A DNA stretch of 64,000 nt from Candidatus Cryptobacteroides sp. (GCA_051869955.1 JBJEBJ010000010.1:10334-74333), one strand, 5' to 3'. Counted from the first letter of the stretch, positions 18,584 through 29,798 are shown. The notes: generated by a model not told the origin, from the sequence alone. Translations and numbers: made by a program.

Positions 18584-19888
18584 CTACTGAGCCCTGCCAT
18601 CTGCTGAAATCTTGGAATATTTCTCGTATCCTTCCATGAACTCGGAGCTCTCATCACGGAAACGGTAGAATGCATTCTTCAGATACTCTGAAACGCCGAC
18701 TTTGACAGCCTCATCCTTGGTGATGTTGAAAGCCTTCTCGAACGGAGCGATGCAGGACTTGAGAGCGGTCTCGAATTCCTTCACGAGTTCCATATACTTC
18801 GCATCATCAAGTTCTTCCTGGGCCTTGGTCTGGATCTCAATGGCCTTGTTGTAGAACATTGTGCCTTCTCCGATGTAACCGTACTCATAATCAGGATTGA
18901 TCTCTGCACACTTCTCGTAAGCTGCGACAGCCTTGTCAGTATCGCCGAGCTGGGAGCGGATATTGCCCTCAACATAGTAGAGAGAAGCATTGTTTGGCTC
19001 GTTGGCCTTTGCCTTGTCAAGAAGCTCGAAGAGCCTGTCAGTGCTCTCGTTGCTCTTCAGATAATAGTTGATGAGACCGATGAGGATGCTCTGGCTCTGA
19101 GGGAATTTCTCGAAACCTTCCTCAAGATACTTCTTGGTATTTACAGTGTCCACGTCAGCGAGTTTTGCGAACACCTCGCCGCCCTCATAATAGTAACCTA
19201 CGTTGTAGCATTTCTCGAAGAGAGGCTTTGCCCTGTTGTAATCCTTGGCAGCCCATGCAGTGAAACCTGCATTGTAATAAGCGGTGGTGTCAAGCTTTGA
19301 AAGCGGAGCAACGGCCTCAACCTCAGCTGCTTTTTCAAAAAGCTCGCTGGCTGCTGCAATGTCACCGAAAGAGTACTTGTTGTAAGCCTCGGAGATATAC
19401 TTCTGTCCGATAGACTCGAGAGCAGCGGAAATATCCTTGGTCTTGGTCTTCTTGACGTCAACTGAATAAGCCTTCTTGTATGCATCAACGGCCTTGGTAA
19501 GAGCCTCAGGGTCAACCGGCTTGGTAACCTCAATGATGGCAAGCTGGCCGTTCTGGTTGAAATAGAGGTTCTTGTCAGCATATACCTCCTTGGTCATAGG
19601 CTCGCCCTGGATGGTCACAGCCTCTGAGAATGATGGTTTTGCATTGCCCATGATGAGAGCAAGCTCCTGCTTTGAAGCACCCTGCCAGAGATTGCCGGCC
19701 GGAGCGTCATAAGCCTTGATATATGCCTGTCCGAGAGTAAGCCATGTGGCCACTTTCTCAGCCTTCTTCTCGTTCTGGGAAGCGGCTACTGCAGCGTCAA
19801 TAGCTTTTTTGGCGTCTTCAGGCTTTACCTGTGCGTTGCTTGCCTGCACCGAGGCGAACAATGCCAATGCGATGAGAATTCGTTTCAT
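18584..19888 (-). CDS. Secreted tetratricopeptide-repeat protein
   Basis: Signal peptide and TPR-like helices (AYYNAG..A, NASLYYVEGNI...GDTDKAVAAYEKC..INPDY). This gene commonly follows gyrA in Bacteroidales. Confidence 0.8.
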   Translation of the reverse strand: MKRILIALALFASVQASNAQVKPEDAKKAIDAAVAASQNEKKAEKVATWLTLGQAYIKAYDAPAGNLWQGASKQELALIMGNAKPSFSEAVTIQGEPMTKEVYADKNLYFNQNGQLAIIEVTKPVDPEALTKAVDAYKKAYSVDVKKTKTKDISAALESIGQKYISEAYNKYSFGDIAAASELFEKAAEVEAVAPLSKLDTTAYYNAGFTAWAAKDYNRAKPLFEKCYNVGYYYEGGEVFAKLADVDTVNTKKYLEEGFEKFPQSQSILIGLINYYLKSNESTDRLFELLDKAKANEPNNASLYYVEGNIRSQLGDTDKAVAAYEKCAEINPDYEYGYIGEGTMFYNKAIEIQTKAQEELDDAKYMELVKEFETALKSCIAPFEKAFNITKDEAVKVGVSEYLKNAFYRFRDESSEFMEGYEKYSKISADGRAQ

Positions 19889-19910
19889 GACAATTATGAT
19901 TATTGATTAA

Positions 19911-22493
19911 TTATTCTTCATTCTGCGGGGTTTCAGTGGTTCCTTCCTGTGCTCCGGCATCCGGGGCTCCTTCAGCTTCCCTGACTTCAGGTTCCTCACT
20001 CTTGGCAACTACCGAAACCGAAGCTATGGAGTCATTGTCCCTTATGTTTATCAGCTTGACTCCCTGGGTGTTGCGCCCTGCCTGCTTGATGTCGGACACT
20101 GCCATCCTGATGATGATTCCGCTCTGGGTGATAATCAGGAGGTCATTGTCCTCGGTGACATTCTTCATTGCCACGACAGAACCGGTCTTGTCGGTGATGT
20201 TCATGGTCCTCACACCCTTGCTGCCACGGCTCGTCTTGCGGTATTCCTCGAAATCAGTACGCTTGCCGAGGCCCTTTTCGCCAATCACAAGGAGTGTGTG
20301 TGCTGCAGCATCTTCACTCTCAGGCTCATAGCATACCATTCCGATAGCCGAGTCGTCCTCATCAAGATTGATGCCACGGACACCGGTAGCAGTCCTTCCG
20401 AGTGGTCTCGCATCAGATTCGTCAAACCTTACGCACCTTCCGTTGCGGCTTGCGATGAGCACCTGGGAACGTCCGTCGGTCAATATTGCCTCGAGAAGTT
20501 CGTCTCCCTCACGCACGTTCACGGCATTAACGCCCTTGGCACGAGGTCTCGAATATGCCTCGAGAGAGGTCTTCTTGATGATTCCCTGCTTCGTGGCGAG
20601 GATGATATAATGACTGTTTATATATTCCTGGTCGTTGAGGGTCGGAACATTGATGATGGCCTTGATCTTGTCATCCGGTATGCTGAGGACATTCTGGATA
20701 GCACGGCCCTTGGATGAACGAGATCCCTCCGGCACCTCGTAAACCTTAAGCCAGAAGCACCTTCCGCTTTCGGTGAAGAAAAGCATGGTGCTGTGCATAT
20801 TGGCAACATACAGATGCTCGATGAAATCCTCGTCACGGGTGGCGCTTCCCTTCATGCCGACACCTCCCCTGTTCTGGGTACGGTACTCGGTGAGAGGCGT
20901 GCGCTTGATGTAGCCGAAATGAGATATTGTAATGACGACGTCGTCGTCAGCATAGAAATCCTCCGGGTTGAACTCGTCCGCAGTCGGCACGATTTCGGAC
21001 CTGCGAGGATCTCCGAATCTGGCCTTGAGGTCCATTGTCTCGTTCTTGATGATGTCCATCTGCATGGAAACATTTGCGAGCACGTCATTGCAATAAGCGA
21101 TAAATTTCTCAAGGTCATCGTACTCAGCCTGCAGCTTCTCCCTCTCGAGTCCTGTAAGCTGGCGGATTTTCATCTCGACAATGGCCTGCGCCTGGAGATC
21201 CGAGAACCCGAACTCCTCGATGAGCCCATTCTTTGCATCCTCTACGTTCTTGGATGATCTTACGATTGCTATAATCCTGTCAATCACGTCAATGGCCTTG
21301 ATGAGACCTTCGAGGATATGAGCCCTTTTCTTGGCCTTGTCCAGCTCGAAGCGGGTCCTTCTGACCACCACATCGTGGCGGAAATCCACGAATACCTTGA
21401 TGATTTCCTTGAGGCTCAATGTGCGCGGACGCCCTTTGACGAGGGCAACGTTGTTTATCGCGAAGCTCGACTGGAGCGGGGTATATTTGAACAAGGTGTT
21501 CAGCACCACGTTCGAATTGGCTCCCTGCTTGACCCTGAAAATCACCCTGACACCCTCGCGGGATGTCTCGTCATTCATATAGGTGATGCCCTCGATTTTC
21601 TTGTCATCGACCATCTGGCCGATTTTCTCAAGCATCTCCTTCTTGTTCACCATGTAAGGAATCTCGGTCACGACGATGGTCTCACGACCGTTGTTGTCGA
21701 CCTCGATTTCGGTTTTGGCACGGACAATCACCCTTCCGCGTCCGGTCTCGTATGCATCCCTGATGCCCTGGATGCCCTGGATAATGCCTCCGGTCGGGAA
21801 ATCAGGTCCTTTGATATATTGCATGAGGCCGTCAGTGTCGATGTCAGGATTGTCAATATAGGCGCAGATGGCGTCGCAGCATTCTCCGAGATTGTGCGGA
21901 GCCATGTTGGTAGCCATTCCGACAGCGATACCGGCCGATCCGTTCAGGAGCAGCAGCGGGGCCTTGGTAGGCAGGACCGTAGGCTCGAGTATGGAGTCGT
22001 CGAAGTTCAGCTGGAAATCCACAGTATCCTTGTCCATGTCGCCGAGGACATCGTTTGCAAGTTTCTCGAGTTTCGCCTCGGTGTATCGCATGGCAGCGAC
22101 CGGGTCACCGTCCATTGAGCCGAAGTTACCCTGTCCGTAAACGAGAGGATATCTCTGGTTCCAGTTCTGTGCGAGACGCGCCATGGCGTCATATACGCTC
22201 GAGTCTCCGTGAGGGTGGAACTTACCGAGCACCTCACCGACGATTCTCGCGGATTTCTTGGTCTGTCCCGAATAGTCGAGGCCAAGCCCCTCCATTCCGA
22301 AAAGAACCCTCCTCTGAACCGGCTTCAGTCCGTCACGGGCATCCGGAAGAGCCCTGGACACTATCACGGACATGGAATAGTCGATATAGGCGGAGCGCAT
22401 CTCCTGATCTATATTCACCTCCTCGATAATTCCCTTAGGTCCTGTCTGCTCCTCCTGCTCCATTCCGTTCTTGTTTTCTTCCATATTCTCCAT
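19911..22493 (-). CDS. gyrA: DNA gyrase subunit A
   Basis: [39 protein letters not shown] with the catalytic Tyr, GyrA-box QNRGGVG and beta-pinwheel repeats. Confidence 0.97.
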   Translation of the reverse strand: MENMEENKNGMEQEEQTGPKGIIEEVNIDQEMRSAYIDYSMSVIVSRALPDARDGLKPVQRRVLFGMEGLGLDYSGQTKKSARIVGEVLGKFHPHGDSSVYDAMARLAQNWNQRYPLVYGQGNFGSMDGDPVAAMRYTEAKLEKLANDVLGDMDKDTVDFQLNFDDSILEPTVLPTKAPLLLLNGSAGIAVGMATNMAPHNLGECCDAICAYIDNPDIDTDGLMQYIKGPDFPTGGIIQGIQGIRDAYETGRGRVIVRAKTEIEVDNNGRETIVVTEIPYMVNKKEMLEKIGQMVDDKKIEGITYMNDETSREGVRVIFRVKQGANSNVVLNTLFKYTPLQSSFAINNVALVKGRPRTLSLKEIIKVFVDFRHDVVVRRTRFELDKAKKRAHILEGLIKAIDVIDRIIAIVRSSKNVEDAKNGLIEEFGFSDLQAQAIVEMKIRQLTGLEREKLQAEYDDLEKFIAYCNDVLANVSMQMDIIKNETMDLKARFGDPRRSEIVPTADEFNPEDFYADDDVVITISHFGYIKRTPLTEYRTQNRGGVGMKGSATRDEDFIEHLYVANMHSTMLFFTESGRCFWLKVYEVPEGSRSSKGRAIQNVLSIPDDKIKAIINVPTLNDQEYINSHYIILATKQGIIKKTSLEAYSRPRAKGVNAVNVREGDELLEAILTDGRSQVLIASRNGRCVRFDESDARPLGRTATGVRGINLDEDDSAIGMVCYEPESEDAAAHTLLVIGEKGLGKRTDFEEYRKTSRGSKGVRTMNITDKTGSVVAMKNVTEDNDLLIITQSGIIIRMAVSDIKQAGRNTQGVKLINIRDNDSIASVSVVAKSEEPEVREAEGAPDAGAQEGTTETPQNEE

Positions 22494-22504
22494 CTTATTT
22501 ATTC

Positions 22505-22678
22505 AAGTTTCGCAAGCCGCAAATTGCTGCTTTTCAGAGGATTTATTGCTCTGTACGAGCAAAAGGCCCACGCGCATTTTTTGTATACGCTACCCTTTTC
22601 CTAAGTCCCTTTCCCCGGGAAAGGGACTTACCCTCGGCCTGAAGGCCTCTAAAGCAGTTGTTTCGCTCTGCGAAACTT
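22505..22678. mobile_element. MITE-like element, copy 1 (174 bp), 11 nt upstream of the gyrA start
   Basis: Terminal inverted repeats AAGTTTCGCA / TGCGAAACTT and an internal hairpin AAGTCCCTTTCC-CC-GGGAAAGGGACTT. A homologous copy lies at 47680-47906. Confidence 0.72.
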
Positions 22679-22877
22679 AAGTTAATTATTCAATAAAAAT
22701 GCCCATGAAACACGTAGTCATAAGCATACAAATTTAGGAATTTTTTATCAGCCGACAAAATATCGGGGCGCAAATCGACTTGCGGAACATGAAAATAAAC
22801 ATTATTCCGTTCGTTTTACCTATATTTGCAAAAGCTGGCCGGCACAGAATCACGTGCAGGCCAATCAGGGAAAGAAT

Positions 22878-25217
22878 ATGGAAATAAGAGTATCGGAAGA
22901 ACTTAACAATATCATCAATTACGCCAGGGAAGAGGCGATGAGGACCGGAAGCTACGGCATCGGCCCGGATCATCTGTTTCTCGGAATCATCAGGCACAAT
23001 GAAAATGCCGCATGCGAAGCCCTGAGGGGCCTCGGGACGGAGCTTGAGTCAATGAAGCGTTTCATTGACAGCAGAATCTTCACCAACGAAAATATCCCCT
23101 ACTCCGAGCTGGAGCACATCACGTTCTCTCGCGGGGCACAGAATGTATTGAGCATCACCATAATGGAAGCCACGAGGCTGAAATGCCCGGAGGCCAGGAC
23201 ACAGCATCTCCTGCTCGCATTGTGCAGGACCACAGGAAGTTACGGCCAGGCATACCTGAGAAACATAGGAGTGGACTACGGCAGGCTCCTTACATATATG
23301 GAGAAGAACGGGATGCTCTCGGCCGAAAACGAGACAGGAGATGACGGAGACGAAATCGGTGACGAGACAGGCGGAGGAGGCCAGACCGGAAACAAGGCTG
23401 ACTCCATCACCGAATTCGGGATTGACCTGACCAAAGCTGCGTCGGAGGGGCGCCTTGACCCTGTCGTGGGACGTGACAACGAAATTTCCAGAGTAATCGA
23501 GATTCTCGGAAGGAGGAAAAAGAACAATCCTATGCTCATCGGGGAGCCCGGAGTGGGAAAATCGGCCATAGTGGAAGGAATCGCCCTCCGGATAGCAGAC
23601 GGCACAATATCTCCCGTGCTTGCGAAGAAACGGATCATTTCATTGGACATTGCATCGGTGGTGGCCGGCACGAAATACCGCGGCGATTTCGAGAAACGTG
23701 TCAAGACCATCATCAAGGAAGTGAGCTCCGACCCTGACCTGATATTGTTCATCGACGAATTCCACACGATAGTGGGTGCAGGCGGAGGACAGGGCAGCCT
23801 GGATGCGGCCAATATGTTGAAACCGGCTCTTGCCCAGGGAGAAATCCAGTGCATAGGAGCCACCACGATGGACGAGTTCACCAAAATCGTCGAGAAAGAC
23901 GGGGCGCTTGACCGCAGATTCCAGAAAATAGTCGTGGAGCCGGCTGACGTGAAGCAGTCCATCAGCATCCTGGAACGCCTGAAGGAGAATTACGAGGCTT
24001 TCCACAAGGTGAAATATACCGACGAGGCCATAGAGGCTTGCGTCAGGCTCACGGACAGGTACATTTCCGACAAATCCCTGCCTGACAAGGCGATAGACGC
24101 GATGGACGAGGCCGGCTCGATGATCAGGCTGCGCCAGCCGGAAGGCAGCGGGACAGTCACGGCGGAAGACATTGCCACGGTGGTGTCCAAGATGACCGGA
24201 ATCCCTGTGAACAAGGTGGCAGAGTCGGAGGGCAACAGGATAATGAAGATGCGGGAACGCCTAAAGAACAGCATCATAGGCCAGGACGAGGCCATCGACA
24301 CCATAGTCGGCGCCATCCAGAGGAACCGTGCCGGACTCAAGGATCCTAGAAGGCCGATAGGCTCATTCCTGTTCTTCGGTCCGACCGGAGTGGGCAAGAC
24401 GGAACTGGCCAAAAGACTCGCCGAATATCTGTTCGACTCGGAGGAAAATATGGTCCGCATCGACATGAGCGAATATATGGAGAAGTTCAATGTCTCAAGA
24501 CTTATCGGGGCGCCTCCGGGATATGTAGGATATGAAGAGGGCGGACAGCTTAGCGAACGGGTCCGCAGGAAACCATATTGCGTGGTCCTTTTGGATGAAA
24601 TTGAGAAGGCACATCCGGACATTTTCAACATCCTGCTCCAGGTGCTTGATGACGGACGTCTGACAGACAGCGAGGGACGTACCGTGGATTTCCGGAATAC
24701 AATCGTAATAATGACCTCCAACGTAGGCAGCCGGGACATCCAGGAATACGGAAAAGGAATCGGGTTCAGCACTTCCGGCAGGAACATGGTGACGGACAGG
24801 CAGATAGTGCTCGAGAAGGCTGTCAGGAAAGCATTCTCCCCTGAGTTCCTGAACCGTGTGGACGAGAAAGTGTTCTTCAATCCGCTCGGCCGTGAAGACA
24901 TAGAGAAGATTGTGGACATCGAGTTGAGAGGCCTCAGGACACGCGCGGAGGAGGCAGGATACAAACTGAACGTGACACCTTCCGCGAAGAAATTCGTCGC
25001 CGATGCCGGCTACGACCCGAATTATGGGGCCAGGCCGCTGAAGCGCGCAATAATGAAATACATTGAGGAACCGGTATCGGAATTCATTATTTCCGACAGG
25101 GTACTCAACAGCAAGAAGAAAGGTGAGGCATCCTTGCGCCAGCTGAAAATCAGCCTATCCCACGACAAGGAAAGCATCGCAGTATCCCTCGTCAGGCCAC
25201 GGCGCTCACCTCGGTAA
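22878..25217 (+). CDS. clpC: ATP-dependent Clp protease ATP-binding subunit (ClpC/ClpA type, no middle domain)
   Basis: Clp_N repeats, NBD1 GEPGVGKS / LFIDEFH, NBD2 GPTGVGKTE / LLDEIEKAH, IGF ClpP-binding loop and GARPLKR. Start taken at MEIRVSEE. Confidence 0.9.
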   Translation: MEIRVSEELNNIINYAREEAMRTGSYGIGPDHLFLGIIRHNENAACEALRGLGTELESMKRFIDSRIFTNENIPYSELEHITFSRGAQNVLSITIMEATRLKCPEARTQHLLLALCRTTGSYGQAYLRNIGVDYGRLLTYMEKNGMLSAENETGDDGDEIGDETGGGGQTGNKADSITEFGIDLTKAASEGRLDPVVGRDNEISRVIEILGRRKKNNPMLIGEPGVGKSAIVEGIALRIADGTISPVLAKKRIISLDIASVVAGTKYRGDFEKRVKTIIKEVSSDPDLILFIDEFHTIVGAGGGQGSLDAANMLKPALAQGEIQCIGATTMDEFTKIVEKDGALDRRFQKIVVEPADVKQSISILERLKENYEAFHKVKYTDEAIEACVRLTDRYISDKSLPDKAIDAMDEAGSMIRLRQPEGSGTVTAEDIATVVSKMTGIPVNKVAESEGNRIMKMRERLKNSIIGQDEAIDTIVGAIQRNRAGLKDPRRPIGSFLFFGPTGVGKTELAKRLAEYLFDSEENMVRIDMSEYMEKFNVSRLIGAPPGYVGYEEGGQLSERVRRKPYCVVLLDEIEKAHPDIFNILLQVLDDGRLTDSEGRTVDFRNTIVIMTSNVGSRDIQEYGKGIGFSTSGRNMVTDRQIVLEKAVRKAFSPEFLNRVDEKVFFNPLGREDIEKIVDIELRGLRTRAEEAGYKLNVTPSAKKFVADAGYDPNYGARPLKRAIMKYIEEPVSEFIISDRVLNSKKKGEASLRQLKISLSHDKESIAVSLVRPRRSPR

Positions 25218-25320
25218 GTTCGAGACCAAGATCACGTACCATATCCATCATCTCGCTGTAAGTGTTTTCTGACGAGAACAGGCTGCTGAGAGCCTCGAGG
25301 TTGAAATCTGTGCTTTTCAT
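25192..25320 (-). CDS. Putative 42-aa small protein
   Basis: MKSTDFNLEALSSLFSSENTYSEMMDMVRDLGLELTEVSAVA, preceded by TATCTTTG (25357-25350) and an A-rich leader (GGAAACAAAAAAACTCCAGATATT). Confidence 0.5.
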   Translation of the reverse strand: MKSTDFNLEALSSLFSSENTYSEMMDMVRDLGLELTEVSAVA

Positions 25321-25408
25321 AATATCTGGAGTTTTTTTGTTTCCTGATGCAAAGATAGTGGCAGCTTGCGCCAAACCATTGCACATTTAAATTTTTCTAC
25401 ACTTTTTT

Positions 25409-26065
25409 ATGACAAAAATTGCAATATTTGACCTGGACGGGACCCTGCTCGACACGGTGCAGGACCTCGGAAGGGCTACGAACCATGCCCTGGGAGTCTG
25501 CGGATTCCCGGAGCGGCCCATAGAGGATTATTACACATTGTGCGGCAGGGGAATCTACAACCTTTTCCGCGGAGCATTGCCTGAGGGCAAGGCAGATGAG
25601 GCCATGGTGAAAAGGATGGCAGAACTTTTCCTGCCGTATTACGATGAACACAAATGCGATTTCACCCGGCCATATCCGGGGATTACGGAAATGCTGCGCA
25701 AGATCACCTCGGCAGGAATACGCCCGGCCGTAGCATCGAACAAATACCAGGACGGGGCCGAAAAACTCATCAGGCATTTCTTCGGGGAGTTCGACTTCGT
25801 GAAGATACTCGGGCAGCGTGAAGGACAGCCCATCAAGCCGGACCCGGAAATCGTATATCAGATAATGTCGGAGATGCCCGGCACAGCGAAAAATGAAGTA
25901 GTCTATGTCGGAGATTCTGACGTGGACATGCAGACCGGGGCCAATGCAGGAGTAAGGACCATAGGGGTCTCATGGGGATTCCGCTCAAGGGCCGAACTCG
26001 AGGCCGGAAAGCCCTGGGGCATAGCGGACAATGCGGAAGAACTCGCCGGGATGATTGTATATTGA
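25409..26065 (+). CDS. HAD-family hydrolase (phosphoglycolate phosphatase-like)
   Basis: IFDLDGTLLDT, VASNK, KPDP, YVGDSDVDMQTG.NAG and VSWGFR. Confidence 0.88.
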   Translation: MTKIAIFDLDGTLLDTVQDLGRATNHALGVCGFPERPIEDYYTLCGRGIYNLFRGALPEGKADEAMVKRMAELFLPYYDEHKCDFTRPYPGITEMLRKITSAGIRPAVASNKYQDGAEKLIRHFFGEFDFVKILGQREGQPIKPDPEIVYQIMSEMPGTAKNEVVYVGDSDVDMQTGANAGVRTIGVSWGFRSRAELEAGKPWGIADNAEELAGMIVY

Positions 26066-26135
26066 CAAAATTTCATATTTTTGCATATGGCTGATTGCAG
26101 TCAGCTGGAATATGGAACACTAAAAACGTATTGAC

Positions 26136-27011
26136 ATGAGAATACCAGAATCAGAATTGATAATCAACGGTGACGGGTCTGCTTTCCACATCCACCTGAA
26201 ACCGGAACAACTTGCAGACAAAGTCATACTCGTGGGAGATCCCGGCAGAGTGGACATGGTCGGGGAATTTCTTGAAGAGAAGGAATTCCGGAATGCATCA
26301 CGCGAATTCGTATCCATCACGGGAAAGTTCAAAGGAGAACGCATTACCGTGCTTTCGACGGGAATCGGAACCGACAACATTGACATTGTACTGACCGAAC
26401 TGGACGCACTTGCGAACGTGGATTTCACCACAAGGGAAATCAAACCGGAACACCGCACCCTGACGATATTGCGAATCGGCACGACGGGCGCAATCCAGCC
26501 GGACATCCCTGTCGGATCTTTCATATTCTCCGAAATATCAGTAGGTTGCGACGGTCTCCTCAACTGGTACGCTGACCGCGACAAGATCAATATCAGGGAA
26601 ATGGAGGCAGCATTCAAAAAGCATACAGAATGGGACAGCCACCTGTGCTCGCCGTATTTCGTCAAAGCCGGGGACAAACTCACCGAAGCGTTCAGGGACT
26701 GCACCGTGAAAGGCGTTACAATCTCAGCCCAGGGCTTCTACGGGCCTCAGGGCCGGGTTGTCAGGCTTCCGCTTGCAATGCCTGACATGCTCGACACATT
26801 CGAGTCATTCAGGTTCGGGGAATACAGGATTACCAATTTCGAGATGGAAAGCTCGGCTGTCGCAGGTCTTGCCGCACACCTCGGACATCAGGCCGGCACG
26901 GTATGCTGCGCAATAGCCAACAGATATTTGAAGAACAGCAACACGGACTACAAGCCGCGCGTAAGGGAACTTGTACAGCTCTCGCTTGAGAAGCTCGCTG
27001 CAATCAGGTAG
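26136..27011 (+). CDS. Nucleoside (uridine) phosphorylase
   Basis: LVGDPGRV, STGIGTDNIDI, LRIGTTGAIQ, GFYGPQGR and NFEMESS. Confidence 0.88.
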   Translation: MRIPESELIINGDGSAFHIHLKPEQLADKVILVGDPGRVDMVGEFLEEKEFRNASREFVSITGKFKGERITVLSTGIGTDNIDIVLTELDALANVDFTTREIKPEHRTLTILRIGTTGAIQPDIPVGSFIFSEISVGCDGLLNWYADRDKINIREMEAAFKKHTEWDSHLCSPYFVKAGDKLTEAFRDCTVKGVTISAQGFYGPQGRVVRLPLAMPDMLDTFESFRFGEYRITNFEMESSAVAGLAAHLGHQAGTVCCAIANRYLKNSNTDYKPRVRELVQLSLEKLAAIR

Positions 27012-28155
27012 ACTGCCCGGTTCCGGTAAGGCGCCTGATAGGCTTGTACCGCGAGAAGAAATGTCCGGCGACGACGCGGACTACGGTATAGGCCGGAATA
27101 GCGACAAGCATCCCCAGCATTCCTGCGACATGTCCGGCAATGAGGAGGACTATGAAAATCTCCAAAGGACTGGCCTTGATGCTGGTCGAATAGATGAGCG
27201 GCTGGAAAAGGAAATTGTCCACCAGCTGCGTCACGGCAAATACCGCCACAAGCAATACTACGAATCCCCAGAAATTCACCGTTCCGAATCCGGCAGCGGT
27301 GAATTTCAGCACTATGGACAGGATTGTCCCGATAATGCCGCCCACGAGTGGTCCCACATACGGGATGATGTTCATCATTCCGGTGATGAAAGCGATACCG
27401 ACTGCGGCGGATATGCCGATGCGCGCCACGAGCCACAGCCCGAGGAAATTCAAGAGTGCCACGCCGAGCACCTCTATGACCAGTCCTACGAAATATCTCG
27501 AAAGCAGATGCTCTATGTCCGAGATCGCCGTGATCACGTCATTCTCCAGCCTGTCCGGCACGAACGAGGACACTATCCTGCCGAAGAGAGAAGAGTCCTT
27601 GATGAAGAAGAACGAGATGAACACCACCGAAAATATTCCCACTCCGAATGATACGAAGAATGAGGCCACGTATTCCACGACAGCCGAAAACGAGCCCGCA
27701 TCGAACATCTTCTTGATGAATTTTCCCACGGCGGCCTCGATTCTGAAATCCGGTCCGAAGTCAGGGAAATGTTCTATCAGCCAGGAGTTTATGTCCGCCA
27801 TCAAGACCTTGAACGCATCCACCGGAATAGAATAGTCGGACATTGTTATATTGTCGGAAATAGTCCTGATTATGCTCGTCACGATAGGAACTATCTGGGT
27901 GACTATCAGCAGGAAAAGCAGAATCACCGCAATGAGGGACAGGACAGCAGCAGGTACAGGAGCAATCCTGAAGCGCCCTATTTTCACTCTTGACAGGGCC
28001 GTCATCACAGGCCGGCAAAGCAACGATAACACTGATGCAAGCACAATGTACAGGAGGACGCTCCTGAAATACCAGCACAGGACGAGTGTCAATGCCGTTC
28101 CTATGCCGTAAATGATGTACCTGGCAAGCCTGTCTATGCTTCGTTCTTTATCCAT
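27004..28155 (-). CDS. AI-2E family transporter
   Basis: Multiple TM segments with MNIIPYVGP, QLVDNFLFQPLIYS..I.ASPLEIF and G.LGMLVAIP. Confidence 0.88.
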   Translation of the reverse strand: MDKERSIDRLARYIIYGIGTALTLVLCWYFRSVLLYIVLASVLSLLCRPVMTALSRVKIGRFRIAPVPAAVLSLIAVILLFLLIVTQIVPIVTSIIRTISDNITMSDYSIPVDAFKVLMADINSWLIEHFPDFGPDFRIEAAVGKFIKKMFDAGSFSAVVEYVASFFVSFGVGIFSVVFISFFFIKDSSLFGRIVSSFVPDRLENDVITAISDIEHLLSRYFVGLVIEVLGVALLNFLGLWLVARIGISAAVGIAFITGMMNIIPYVGPLVGGIIGTILSIVLKFTAAGFGTVNFWGFVVLLVAVFAVTQLVDNFLFQPLIYSTSIKASPLEIFIVLLIAGHVAGMLGMLVAIPAYTVVRVVAGHFFSRYKPIRRLTGTGQST

Positions 28156-28262
28156 TTCACTGATAGCGGAGACAAATTGCGCCTCCTTAGCGACCAAAGT
28201 TAGTTTTTTAATGGTTAATTTCCTATTTTTGCATCCGCAAATTCAAAAAATCGACAGAAAAC

Positions 28263-28700
28263 ATGTGGCAAAGAATACAGACATTATACCTCGCCATCTC
28301 CACCATACTCACGGCGGTGATGGTCTTCGGAGTGAAAGCGGCATTGTACGGGGCTGACGGCACGTCCGTGGAGGAATTCAAATATTTCGCCTACATCCCG
28401 TATGCCATTCTCCTGATAGTGATACTTCTTCTCAACATCCTGGCCCTCACCACATACAAGTTCAGGGTATTCCAGATGAGGACGGCAATCCTGAGCGCAA
28501 TCATCACGCTCGCCCTCCAGATATGGCTGGCCGTGGATTTCTTCTCATGCAGGGGAACAGGACTTGTTTTCAAGGTCTCAGCGGTGTTCCCTGTGGTGTG
28601 CGTAATTCTCAACATCCTGGCAGCGAGAGGGATACTCGCCGACCAGCTTCTCGTTGAGAGCGCCTACAGGCTTCGTTCTGCAAAGAGGAGAAAGAAATAA
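28263..28700 (+). CDS. DUF4293 family membrane protein
   Basis: N-terminal MWQRIQTLYL, four TM segments and C-terminal LAARGILADQLLVESAYRLR. Confidence 0.82.
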   Translation: MWQRIQTLYLAISTILTAVMVFGVKAALYGADGTSVEEFKYFAYIPYAILLIVILLLNILALTTYKFRVFQMRTAILSAIITLALQIWLAVDFFSCRGTGLVFKVSAVFPVVCVILNILAARGILADQLLVESAYRLRSAKRRKK

Positions 28701-28707
28701 TCAAGAT

Positions 28708-29589
28708 TCAGGCTTCGTCCTTCTTGAGAAGTCCGAGCACGTTCTCGGCATAGGTTGGCGTCACCGGAATCGTGGCAATGAGATCATTGTCAATCTCAAG
28801 CTCATATCCGCCCTTCTCCTTGCGGAGCACTTTCACCTTGTCCATATTGACAATGTATTTGCGATGGCAGCGTACGAGACTGCTGCCCTTGAAACTTTCC
28901 TCCACAGTCTTCAGGCGGCATCTGAGCATGTATTTCTTCAGTTCTCCCTTGCTGTCTGAATACCAGACGATTATATAATTGTCATCCGACTCGATGTAAT
29001 ACAGGCTCGACAGTCTCAATGAGAGTTTGAGCACGCCGCTGCTGTCGAAAAGTGTGATTTTCTGCTCGTCCTTCGGGAGAATCGGCTCGTCGGAAACCAC
29101 ATTTGCGTAGTTCATCAGGCGTATTGTATTGTTCTTGTCGATGATGGCGAAATACATCCCCGCTATGATATAAGGGATGATGAGAGAGACGAAACAATAT
29201 ATGAAGGCGTTCAGGAAAATGCGGATGAACGAGTTGTTGGAAAGTTCGATGATTCCGAGAGAATCTCCCTTGAGAGAAAACAGGGTATACAGCAAACAGA
29301 TGACGATGACCTCCGCGAAATCCCAGAGCACATATTGCAGATAGCTCATGTCCTGCATGCGTGTCGAATACATCAGGCGCTTGCTGAAGATGATGATGAG
29401 AAGGCCGAGGATGAAGAAGGCCGCAGTGAACATGAAGGCCTTCGAAGGTCCGAGCTCGAACCAGACATTGTGCGAGAACGGTATGCTGACGAGCATGAAA
29501 ACCAAGGAGAAGAACGCCGTGAAAGTCACAGTCGCGATAAGCTGGTACTTCTGCCTGAAATAGCTCGGAACTTTATATCTGTCTGTCAT
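28708..29589 (-). CDS. Membrane-anchored LytTR-family transcriptional regulator
   Basis: Four N-terminal TM segments followed by a LytTR domain (YYIESDDNYI, LRCRLKTVEE, LVRCHRKYIVN, IPVTPTY). Confidence 0.88.
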   Translation of the reverse strand: MTDRYKVPSYFRQKYQLIATVTFTAFFSLVFMLVSIPFSHNVWFELGPSKAFMFTAAFFILGLLIIIFSKRLMYSTRMQDMSYLQYVLWDFAEVIVICLLYTLFSLKGDSLGIIELSNNSFIRIFLNAFIYCFVSLIIPYIIAGMYFAIIDKNNTIRLMNYANVVSDEPILPKDEQKITLFDSSGVLKLSLRLSSLYYIESDDNYIIVWYSDSKGELKKYMLRCRLKTVEESFKGSSLVRCHRKYIVNMDKVKVLRKEKGGYELEIDNDLIATIPVTPTYAENVLGLLKKDEA

Positions 29590-29798
29590 AATCCATACGT
29601 TTTCGATAGCAAAGATAGCAATTTCCCGGCTAAAATAATCCCCTGAAAGGCGAAATTCACCCCTTATCCGGCCATCTCGCCAAAAGGACGGGTTAAACCG
29701 GCCGGGTTCGCCACATTCATTTCAGAGTTGGCAGAATTCGAGATAAATTTGCACCCGTACAACTATAAATATGCAACAATAGAACCAAGAGGACTATA

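Noticed and set aside
22471-22680. Short ORFs ending ...GLKASKAVVSLCET (also 47546-47908)
   Set aside because: The shared peptide is just the translation of the two MITE copies, with no coding evidence.
29680-29690. AAAGGAC motif shared between the fabH upstream region and the DUF2147 upstream region (~39498) as a LytTR site
   Set aside because: A 7-bp match without the spaced direct-repeat architecture expected for LytTR; unsupported.
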